Shown one piece after another: positions 12,301 to 24,400 of a DNA stretch of 64,000 nt. The first letter of the stretch is position 1. Every line of letters begins with the position of its first letter. The position numbers and the translations under genes were made by a program. The notes below the pieces were generated by a model. The model had not been told where the DNA came from. It ran no database searches and saw only the letters and a list, made by a program, of their open reading frames with translations. The DNA comes from the human T2T-CHM13v2.0 reference genome, Homo sapiens, in NCBI RefSeq assembly GCF_009914755.1, contig NC_060944.1; one strand, 5' to 3'.

Positions 12301-15300
12301 AAACCGCTTCAAATGTACACTTCCAGATACTGCAAAGAGAGTGTTTCAAACCTTCTCTACGAAAGGGCATGTTCTCCTCTGTGACGTCAATGCAAACCTC
12401 CCAAAGAAGTTTCTGAGAATGCTTCTCTCTGGATTTTATCTGAAGACAATCCCGTTTCCAACGAAATCCTCAAAGCTATGCAAATATGCTCCTGCAGATT
12501 CTACAAAAAGAGTGTTTCAAAACTGCTCTATGAAAAGAAAGGTTCGACTCTGTTAGTAGAGGGCACACATCACAAACAAGTTGCCGACAATGCTTCTGTC
12601 TGGTTTTTATGGGAAGATATTTCCTTTTCTAACACAAGCCTGAATTCGCTCCAAATGGACACTTCCAGATACGACAAAAGGAGTGTTTCAAAGCTGTTCT
12701 GTGAAAGGGAACGTTCCATTCTGTGACTTGAATGCAAACATCACCAAGTAGTTTCTCAGAACGCTGCTGTCTGCTTTTTATATGTATTCCCGTTTCCAAC
12801 GAAATCGTCAAAGCTAGCCAAATATCCACTTGCAGGTTCCACAAAAAGAGTGTTTCAAAACTGCCCTCTCAAAAGAAATGTTCAACTCTGTCAGTTGAGG
12901 ACACACATCACAAAGAAGTTTGTGAGAATGCTTCCACCTAGTTTTTATGGGAAGATATTTCCTTTTTCACCATAGGCCTCAAAGCGCTCCAAATGTCCAC
13001 TTCCAGGGAATGGAAAAAGAGTGTTTCCAACCTGCTCTACGAAAGCGAATGTTCAACTCCGTGACTTGAATGCAACCATCACAAGGAAGTTTCTGAGAAT
13101 GTTTCTGTCTAGATTTTATATGAAGATATTCCCGTTTCCAACGAAATCCTCAAAGCTATCCAAATATCCACTTGGAGACTCTACAAAAAGAGTGTTTCAA
13201 AACTGCTCTATCAAAAGAAAGGTTCTACTCCGTCAGTTGAGGACACACATCACGAGTAAGTTTCTGACAATGCTTCTGTCTAGTTTTTATGGGAAGATAT
13301 GTCCTTTTTCACCTTTGGCCGGAAAGCGCTCCAAAAGTCCAGTTACAGACACTACAAAGAGAGTGTTTCAAACTTGCTCAGTGAAAGGGAATGTTCAATA
13401 CTGTGACTTGAATGCAAACATCACAAAGAAGTTGCAGAGAATGCTGGTGTCTGCTTTTTATACCTTATCCCGTTTCCAACGAAATCCTCAAATCTAGCCA
13501 AATATCCGCTTGCAGACTCCACAAAAAGAGTGTTTCAAAACTGTACTGTCAAAAGAAATGTTCAACTCTGTTAGTTGAGGACACACATCAGAGACTAGCT
13601 TCTGAGAATGCTTCTGTCCAGTTGTTACGGGAAGATATTTCCTTTTTCAACATAGTCCTGAAACCGCTTCAAATGTCCACTTCCAGATACTGCAAAGAGA
13701 GTGTTTCAAACCTTCTCTACGAAAGGGCATGTTCTCCTCTGTGACGTCAATGCAAACATCCCAAAGAAGTTTCTGAGAATGCTTCTGTCTGGATTTTATC
13801 TGAAGACAATCCCGTTTCCAACGAAATCCTCAAAGATATGCAAAAATGCTCCTGCAGATTCTACAAAAAGAGTGTTTCAAAACTGCTCTATGAAAAGAAA
13901 GGTTCGACTCTGTTAGTAGAGGGCACACATCACAAACTAGTTGCCGAGAATGTTTCTGTCTGTTTATTATGGGAAGATATTTCCTTTTTCAACGCAAGCC
14001 TGAATGCGCTCCAAATGGACACTTCCAGATACGACAAAAGGAGTGTTTCAAAGCTGTTCTATGAAAGGGAACGTTCCATTCTGTGACTTGAATGCGAACA
14101 TCACCAAGTAGTTTCTCAGAACGCTGCTGTCTGCTTTTTATATGTATTCCCGTGTCGAAGGAAATCGTCAAAGCCAGCCAAATATCCACTTGCAGGTTCC
14201 ACAAAAAGAGTGTTTCAAAACTGCTCTCTCAAAAGACATGTTCAACTCTGTCAGTTGAGGACACACATCACAAAGAAGTTTCTGAGAATGCTTCTGTCTA
14301 GTTTTTATGGGAAGATATTTCCTTTTTCACCATAGGCCTCAAAGCGCTCCAAATGTCCACTTCCAGGGAATGGAAAAAGAGTGTTTCCAACCTGCTCTAC
14401 GAAAGCGAATGTTCAACTCCGTGACTTGAATGCAACCATCACAAGGAAGTTTCTGAGAATGCTTCTGTCTAGATTTTATATGAAGATATTCCCGTTTCCA
14501 ACGAAATCCTCAAAGCTATCCAAATATCCACTTGGAGATTCTACAAAAAGAGTGTTTCAAAACTGCTCTATCAAAAGAAAGGTTCTACTCCGTCAGTTGA
14601 GGACACACATCACGAGTAAGTTTCTGACAATGCTTCTGTCCAGTTTTTATGGGAAGATATGTCCTTTTTCACCTTTGGCCGGAAAGCGCTCCAAAAGTCC
14701 AGTTACAGACACTACAAAGAGAGTGTATCCAACCTGCTCTGTGAAAGGGAATGTTCAATACTGTGACTTGAATGCAAACATCACAAAGAAGTTGCTGAGA
14801 ATGCTGCTGTCTGATTTTTATACATTATCCCGTTTCCAACGAAATCCTCAAATCTAGCCAAATATCCGCTTGCAGACTCCACAAAAAGAGTGTTTCAAAA
14901 CTGTACTGTCAAAAGAAATGTTCAACTCTGTTAGTTGAGGACACACATCAGAGACTAGCTTCTGAGAATGCTTCTGTCCAGTTGTTACGGGAAGATATTA
15001 ACTTTTTCAACATAGTCCTGAAACCGCTTCAAATGTCCTCTTCCAGATACTGCAAAGAGAGTGTTTCAAACCTTCTCTACGAAAGGGCATGTTCTCCTCA
15101 GTGACGTCAATGCAAACCTCCCAAAGAAGTTTCTGAGAATGCTTATGTCTGGATTTTATCTGAAGACAATCTCGTTTCCAACGAAATCCTCAAAGATATG
15201 CAAAAATGCTCCTGCAGATTCTACAAAAAGAGTGTTTCAAAACTGCTCTATGAAAAGAAAGGTTCGACTCTGTTAGTATAGGGCACACATCACAAACAAG

Positions 15301-18300
15301 TTGCCGAGAATGCTTCTGTCTGGTTTTTATGGGAAGATATTTCCTTTTTCAACGCAAGCCTGAATGCGCTCCAAATGGACACTTCCAGATACGACAAAAG
15401 GAGTGTTTCAAACCTGTTCTGTGAAAGGGAACGTTCCATTCTGTGACTTGAATGCAAACATCACCAAGTAGTTTCTCAGAACGCTGCTGTCTGCTTTTTA
15501 TATGTATTCCCGTGACCAAGGAAATCGTCAAAGCCAGCCAAATATCCACTTGCAGGTTCCACAAAAAGAGTGTTTCAAAACTGCTCTCTCAAAAGACATG
15601 TTCAACTCTGTCAGTTGAGGACACACATCACAAAGAAGTTTCTGAGAACGGTTCTGTCTAGTTTTTATGGGAAGATATTTCCTTTTTCACCATAGGCCTC
15701 AAAGCGCTCCAAATGTCCACTTCCAGGGAATGGAAAAAGAGTGTTTCCAACCTGCTCTATGAAAGCGAATGTTCAACTGCGTGACTTGAATGCAACCATC
15801 ACAAGGAAGTTTCTGAGAATGCTTCTGTCTAGATTTTATACGAAGATATTCCCGTTTCCAACGAAATCCTCAAAGCTATCCAAATATCCACTTGGAGATT
15901 CTACAAAAAGAGTGTTTCAAAACTGCTCTATCAAAAGAAAGGTTCTACTCCGTCAGTTGAGGACACACATCACGAGTAAGTTTCTGACAATGCTTCTGTC
16001 TAGTTTTTATGGGAAGATATGTCCTTTTTCACCTTTGGCTGGAAAGCGCTCCAAAAGTCCAGTTACAGACCCTACAAAAAGAGTGTTTCAAACCTGCTCT
16101 GTGAAAGGGAATGTTCAATTCTGTGACTTGAATGCAAACATCACAAAGAAGTTGCTGAGAATGCTGCTGTCTGCTTTTTATACCTTATCCCGTTTCCAAC
16201 GAAATCCTCAAATCCAGCCAAATATCCCCTTGCAGACTCCACAAAAAGAGTGTTTCAAAACTGTACTGTCAAAAGAAATGTTCAACTCTGTTAGTTGAGG
16301 ACACACATCAGAGACTAGTTTCTGAGAATGCTTCTGTCCAGTTGTTACGGGAAGGTATTTCCTTTTTCAACATAGGCCTGAAACCGCTTCAAATGTCCAC
16401 TTCCAGATACTGCAAAGAGAGTGTTTCAAACCTTCTCTACGAAAGGGCATGTTCTCCTCTGTGACGTCAATGCAAACATCCCAAAGAAGTTTCTGAGAAT
16501 GCTTCTGTCTGGATTTTATCTGAAGACAATCCCGTTTCCAACGAAATCCTCAAAGCTATGCAAATATGTTCCTGCAGATTCTACAAAAAGAGTGTTTCAA
16601 AACTGCTCTATGAAAAGAAAGGTTCGACTCTGTTAGTAGAGGGCACACATCACAAACAAGTTGCCGAGAATGCTTCTGTCTGGTTTTTATGGGAAGATAT
16701 TTCCTTTTCCAACACAAGCCTGAATGCGCTCCAAATGGACACTTCCAGATACGACAAAAGGAGTGTTTCAAACCTGTTCTGTGAAAGGGAACGTTCCATT
16801 CTGTTACTTGAATGCAAACATCACCAAGTAGATTCTCAGAACGCTGCTGTCTGCTTTTTATATGTATTCCCGTTTCCAACGAAATCGTCAAAGCCAGCCA
16901 AATATCCACTTGCAGGTTCCACAAAAAGAGTGTGTCAAAACTGCTCTCTCAAAAGACATGTTCAACTCCGTCAGTGGAGGACACACATCACAAAGAAGTT
17001 TCTGAGAATGCTTCTGTCTAGTTTTTATGGGAAGATATTTCCTTTTTCACCATAGGACTCAAAGCGCTCCAAATGTCCACTTCCAAGGAATGGAAAAAGA
17101 GTTTTTCCAACCTGCTCTATGAAAGCGAATGTTCAACTCCGTGACTTGAATGCAACCATCACAGGGAAGTATCTGAGGATGCTTCTGTCTAGGTTTTATA
17201 TGAAGATATTCCCGTTTCCAACGAAATCCTCAAAGCTATCCAAATATCCACTTGGAGATTCTACAAAAAGAGTGTTTCAAAACTGCTCTATCAAAAGAAA
17301 GGTTCTACTCCGTCAGTTGAGGACACACATCACGAATAAGTTTCTGACAATGATTCTGTCTAGTTTTTATGGGAAGATATGTCCTTTTTCACCTTAGGCC
17401 GGAAAGCGCTCCAAAAGTCCAGTTACAGACACTACAAAAAGAGTGTTTCAAACCTGCTCTGTGAAAGGGAATGTTCAATTCTGTGACTTGAATGCAAACG
17501 TCACAAAGAAGTTGCTGAGAATGCTGCTGTCTGCTTTTTATACCTTATCCCGTTTCCAACGAAATCCTCAAATCCAGCCAAATATCCACTTGCAGACTCC
17601 ACAAAAAGAGTGTTTCAAAACTGTACTGTCAAAAGAAATGTTCAACTCTGTTAGTTGAGGACACACATCAGAGACTAGTTTCTGAGAATGCTTCTGTCCA
17701 GTTGTTACGGGAAGGTATTTCCTTTTTCAACATAGGCCTGAAACCGCTTCAAATGTCCACTTCCAGATACTGCAAAGAGAGTGTTTCAAACCTTCTCTAC
17801 GAAAGGGCATGTTCTCCTCTGTGACGTCAATGCAAACATCCCAAAGAAGTTTCTGAGAATGCTTCTGTCTGGATTTTATCTGAAGACAATCCCGTTTCCA
17901 ACGAAATCCTCAAAGCTATGCAAATATGTTCCTGCAGATTCTACAAAAAGAGTGTTTCAAAACTGCTCTATGAAAAGAAAGGTTCGACTCTGTTAGTAGA
18001 GGGCACACATCACAAACAAGTTGCCGAGAATGCTTCTGTCTGGTTTTTATGGGAAGATATTTCCTTTTGCAACGCAAGCCTGAATGCGCTCCAAATGGAC
18101 ACTTCCAGATACGACAAAAGGAGTGTTTCAAACCTGATATGTGAAAGGGAACGTTCCATTCTGTGACTTGAATGCAAACATCACCAAGTAGTTTCTCAGA
18201 ACGCTGCTGTCTGCTTTTTATATGTATTCCCGTGTCCAAGGAAATCGTCAAAGCCAGCCAAATATCCACTTGCAGGTTCCACAAAAAGAGTGTTTCAAAA

Positions 18301-21266
18301 CTGCTCTCTCAAAAGACATGTTCAACTCTGTCAGTTGAGGACACACATCACAAAGAAGTTTCTGAGAATGCTTCTGTCTAGTTTTTATGGGAAGATATTT
18401 CCTTTTTCACCATAGGCCCCAAAGCGCTCCAAATGTCCACTTCCAGGGAATGGAAAAAGAGTGTTTCCAACCTGCTCTATGAAAGCGAATGTTCAACTCC
18501 GTGACTTGAATGCAACCATCACAAGGAAGTTTCTGAGAATGCTTCTGTCTAGATTTTATATGAAGATAATCCCGTTTCCAACGAAATCCTCAAAGCTATC
18601 CAAATATCCACTTGGAGATTCTACAAAAAGAGTGTTTCAAAACTGCTCTATCAAAAGAAAGGTTCTAATCCGTCAGTTGAGGACACACATCACGAGTAAG
18701 TTTCTGACAATGCTTCTGTCTAGTTTTTATGGGAAGATATGTCCTTTTTCACCTTAGGCCGGAAAGCGCTCCAAAAGTCCAGTTACAGACACTACAAAAA
18801 GAGTGTTTCAAACCTGCTCTGTGAAAGGGAATGTTCCATTCTGTGACTTGAATGCAAACATCACAAAGAAGTTGCTGAGAATGCTGCTGTCTGCTTTTTA
18901 TACCTTATCCCGTTTCCAACGAAATCCTCAAATCTAGCCAAATATCCACTTGCAGACTCCTCAAAAAGAGTGTTTCAAAACTGTACTGTCAAAAGAAATG
19001 TTCAACTGTGTTAGTTGAGGACACACATCAGAGACTAGCTTCTGAGAATGCTTCTGTCCAGTTGTTACGGGAAGGTATTTCCTTTTTCAACATAGGCCTG
19101 AAACCGCTTCAAATGTCCACTTCCAGATACTGCAAAGAGAGTGTTTCAAACCTTCTCTACGAAAGGGCATGTTCTCCTCTGTGACGTCAATGCAAACATC
19201 CCAAAGAAGTTTCTGAGAATGCTTCTGTCTGGATTTTATCTGAAGACAATCCCGTTTCCAACGAAATCCTCAAAGCTATGCAAATATGTTCCTGCAGATT
19301 CTACAAAAAGAGTGTTTCAAAACTGCTCTATGAAAAGAAAGGTTCGACTCTGTTAGTAGAGGGCACACATCACAAACAAGTTGCCGAGAATGCTTCTGTC
19401 TGGTTTTTATGGGAAGATATTTCCTTTTGCAACGCAAGCCTGAATGCGCTCCAAATGGACACTTCCAGATACGACAAAAGGAGTGTTTCAAACCTGATAT
19501 GTGAAAGGGAACGTTCCATTCTGTGACTTGAATGCAAACATCACCAAGTAGTTTCTCAGAACGCTGCTGTCTGCTTTTTATATGTATTCCCGTGTCCAAG
19601 GAAATCGTCAAAGCCAGCCAAATATCCACTTGCAGGTTCCACAAAAAGAGTGTTTCAAAACTGCTCTCTCAAAAGACATGTTCAACTCTGTCAGTTGAGG
19701 ACACACATCACAAAGAAGTTTCTGAGAATGCTTCTGTCTAGTTTTTATGGGAAGATATTTCCTTTTTCACCATAGGCCCCAAAGCGCTCCAAATGTCCAC
19801 TTCCAGGGAATGGAAAAAGAGTGTTTCCAACCTGCTCTATGAAAGCGAATGTTCAACTCCGTGACTTGAATGCAACCATCACAAGGAAGTTTCTGAGAAT
19901 GCTTCTGTCTAGATTTTATATGAAGATAATCCCGTTTCCAACGAAATCCTCAAAGCTATCCAAATATCCACTTGGAGATTCTACAAAAAGAGTGTTTCAA
20001 AACTGCTCTATCAAAAGAAAGGTTCTACTCCGTCAGTTGAGGACACACATCACGAGTAAGTTTCTGACAATGCTTCTGTCTAGTTTTTATGGGAAGATAT
20101 GTCCTTTTTCACCTTAGGCCGGAAAGCGCTCCAAAAGTCCAGTTACAGACACTACAAAAAGAGTGTTTCAAACCTGCTCTGTGAAAGGGAATGTTCCATT
20201 CTGTGACTTGAATGCAAACATCACAAAGAAGTTGCTGAGAATGCTGCTGTCTGCTTTTTATACCTTATCCCGTTTCCAACGAAATCCTCAAATCTAGCCA
20301 AATATCCACTTGCAGACTCCTCAAAAAGAGTGTTTCAAAACTGTACTGTCAAAAGAAATGTTCAACTGTGTTAGTTGAGGACACACATCAGAGACTAGCT
20401 TCTGAGAATGCTTCTTTCCAGTTGTTACGGGAAGATATTTCCTTTTTCAACATAGGCGTGAAACCGCTTCAAATGTCCACTTCCAGATACTGGAAAGAGA
20501 GTGTTTCAAACCTTCTCTACGAAAGGGCATGTTCTCCTTTGTGACGTCAATGCAAACATCCCAAAGATGTTTCTGAGAATGCTTCTGTCTGGATTTTATC
20601 TGAAGACAATCCCGTTTCCAACGAAATCCTCAAAGCTATGCAAATAGGCTCCTGCAGATTCTACAAAAAGAGTGTTTCAAAACTGCTCTATGAAAAGAAA
20701 GGTTCGACTCTGTTAGTAGAGGGCACACATCACAAACAAGTTGCCGAGAATGCTTCTGTCTGGTTTTTATGGGAAGATATTTCCTTTTCCAACACAAGCC
20801 TGAATGCGCTCCAAATGGACACTTCCAGATACGACAAAAGGAGTGTTTCAAAGCTGTTCTATGAAAGGGAACGTTCCATTCTGTGACTTGAATGCAAACA
20901 TCACCAAGTAGTTTCTCAGAACGCTGCTGTCTGCTTCTTATATGTATTCCCGTTTCCAACGAAATCGTCAAAGCCAGCCAAATATCCACTTGCAGGTTCC
21001 ACAAAAAGAGTGTGTCAAAACTGCTCTCTCAAAAGACATGTTCAACTCTGTCAGTTGAGGACACACATCACAAAGAAGTTTGTGAGAATGCTTCTGCCTA
21101 GTTTTTATGGGAAGATATTTCCTTTTTCACCATAGGCCTCAAAGCGCTCCAAATGTCCACTTCCATTGAATGGAAAAAGAGTGTTTCCAACCTGCTCTAT
21201 GAAAGCGAATGTTCAAATCCGTGACTTGAATGCAACCATCACAAGGAAGTTTCTGAGAATGCTTCT

Positions 21267-21437
21267 GTCTAGATTTTATATGAAGATATTCCCGTTTCCA
21301 ACGAAATCCTCAAAGCTATCCAAATATCCACTTGGAGATTCTACAAAAAGAGTGTTGCAAAACTGCTCTATCAAAAGAAAGGTTCGACTCTGTTAGTAGA
21401 GGGCACACATCACAAACAAGTTGCCGAGAATGCTTCT
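21267..21437 (-). repeat. Hybrid m5/m1 monomer of a 680-bp 4-mer HOR variant
   Basis: Marker interval 20892 to 21572 is 680. The monomer starts as m5 (cttggagattctac...ctatc) and ends as m1 (ggttcgactctgttagtagagggc). Confidence 0.93.
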
Positions 21438-24400
21438 GTCTGGTTTTTATGGGAAGATATTTCCTTTTTCAACGCAAGCCTGAATGCGCTCCAAATGGAC
21501 ACTTCCAGATACGACAAAAGGAGTGTTTCAAAGCTGTTCTATGAAAGGGAACGTTCCATTCTGTGACTTGAATGCAAACATCACCAAGTAGTTTCTCAGA
21601 ACGCTGCTGTCTGCTTTTTATATGTATTCCCGTGTCGAAGGAAATCGTCAAAGCCAGCCAAATATCCACTTGCAGGTTCCACAAAAAGAGTGTTTCAAAA
21701 CTGCTCTCTCAAAAGACATGTTCAACTCTGTCAGTTGAGGACACACATCACAAAGAAGTTTCTGAGAATGCTTCTGTCTAGTTTTTATGGGAAGATATTT
21801 CCTTTTTCACCATAGGCCTCAAAGCGCTCCAAATGTCCACTTCCAGGGAATGGAAAAAGAGTGTTTCCAACCTGCTCTATGAAAGCGAATGTTCAACTCC
21901 GTGACTTGAATGCAACCATCACAAGGAAGTTTCTGAGAATGCTTCTGTCTAGATTTTATATGAAGATATTCCCGTTTCCAACGAAATCCTCAAAGCTATC
22001 CAAATATCCACTTGGAGATTCTACAAAAAGAATGTTTCAAAACTGCTCTATCAAAAGAAAGGTTCTACTCCGTCAGTTGAGGACACACATCACGAGTAAG
22101 TTTCTGACAATGCTTCTGTCTAGTTTTTATGGGAAGATATGTCCTTTTTCACCTTAGACATGAAAGCGCTCAAAAAGTCCAGTTACAGACACTAGAAAAA
22201 GAGTGTTTCAAACCTGCCCTGTGAAAGGGAATGTTCAATACTGTGACTTGAATGCAAACATCACAAAGAAGTTGCTGAGAATGCTGCTGTCTGCTTTTTA
22301 TACCTTATCCCGTTTCCAACGAAATCCTCAAATCTAGCCAAATATCCACTTGCAGACTCCACAAAAACAGTGTTTCAAAACTGTACTGTGAAAAGAAATG
22401 TTCAACTCTGTTAGTTGAGGACACACATCAGAGACTAGCTTCTGAGAATGCTTCTGTCCAGTTGTTACGGGAAGATATTTCCTTTTTCAGAATAGGCCTG
22501 AAACCGCTTCAAAGGTCCACTTCCAGATACTGCAAAGAGAGTGTTTGAAACCTTCTCTACGAAAGGGCATGTTCTCCTCTGTGACGTCAATGCAAACATC
22601 CCAAAGAAGTTTCTGAGAATGCTTCTGTCTGGATTTTATCAGAAGACAATCCCGTTTCCAACGAAATCCTCAAAGCTATGCAAATATGCTCCTGCAGATT
22701 CTACAAAAAGAGTGTTTCAAAACTGCTCTATGAAAAGAAAGATTCGACTCTGTTAGTAGAGGGCACATATCACAAACAAGTTGCCGAGAATGCTTCTGTC
22801 TGGTTTTTATGGGAAGATATTTCCTTTTCCAACACAAGCCTGAATGCGCTCCAAATGGACACTTCCAGATACGTCAAAAGGAGTGTTTCAAAGCTGTTCT
22901 ATGAAAGGGAACGTTCCATTCTGTGACTTGAATGCAAACATCACCAAGTAGTTTCTCAGAACGCTGCTGTCTGCTTTTTATATGTATTCCCGTGGCCAAG
23001 GAAATCGTCAAAGCCAGCCAAATATCCACTTGCAGGTTCCACAAAAAGAGTGTTTCAAAACTGCTCTCTCAAAAGACATGTTCAACTCTGTCAGTTGAGG
23101 ACACACATCACAAAGAAGTTTCTGAGAATGCTTCTGTCTAGTTTTTATGGGAAGATATTTCCTTTTTCACCATAGGCCTCAAAGCGCTCCACATGTCCAC
23201 TTCCAGGGAATGGAAAAAGAGTGTTTCCAACCTGCTCTATGAAAGCGAATGTTCAACTCCGTGACTTGAATGCAACCATCACAAGGAAGTTTCTGAGAAT
23301 GCTTCTGTCTAGATTTTATATGAAGATATTCCCGTTTCCAACGAAATCCACAAAGCTATCCAAATATCCACTTGGAGATTCTACAAAAAGAGTGTTTCAA
23401 AACTGCTCTATCAAAATAAAGGTTCTACTCCGTCAGTTGAGGACACACATCACGAGTAAGTTTCTGACAATGCTTCTGTCTAGTTTTTATGGGAAGATAT
23501 GTCCTTTTTCACCTTAGGCCGGAAAGCGCTCCAAAAGTCCAGTTACAGACACTACAAAAAGAGTGTTTCAAACCTGCCCTGTGAAAGGGAATATTCAATA
23601 CTGTGACTTGAATGCAAACATCACAAAGAAGTTGCTGAGAATGCTGCTGTCTGCTTTTTATACCTTATCCCGTTTCCAACGAAATCCTCAAATCTAGCCA
23701 AATATCCGCTTGCAGACTCCACAAAAAGAGTGTTTCAAAACTGTACTGTCAAAAGAAATGTTCAACTGTGTTAGTTGAGGACACACATCAGAGACTAGCT
23801 TCTGAGAATGCTTCTGTCCAGTTGTTACGGGAAGATATTTCCTTTTTCAACATAGTCCTGAAACCGCTTCAAATGTCCACTTCCAGATACTGCAAAGAGA
23901 GTGTTTCAAACCTTCTCTACGAAAGGGCATGTTCTCCTCTGTGACGTCAATGCAAACATCCCAAAGAAGTTTCTGAGAATGCTTCTGTCTGGATTTTATC
24001 TGAAGACAATCCCGTTTCCAACGAAATCCTCAAAGATATGCAAAAATGCTCCTGCAGATTCTACAAAAAGAGTGTTTCAAAACTGCTCTATGAAAAGAAA
24101 GGTTCGACTCTGTTAGTAGAGGGCACACATCACAAACTAGTTGCCGAGAATGCTTCTGTCTGGTTATTATGGGAAGATATTTCCTTTTTCAACGCAAGCC
24201 TGAATGCGCTCCAAATGGACACTTCCAGATACGACAAAAGGAGTGTTTCAAAGCTGTTCTATGAAAGGGAACGTTCCATTCTGTGACTTGAATGCGAACA
24301 TCACCAAGTAGTTTCTCAGAACGCTGCTGTCTGCTTTTTATATGTATTCCCGTGTCGAAGGAAATCGTCAAAGCCAGCCAAATATCCACTTGCAGGTTCC

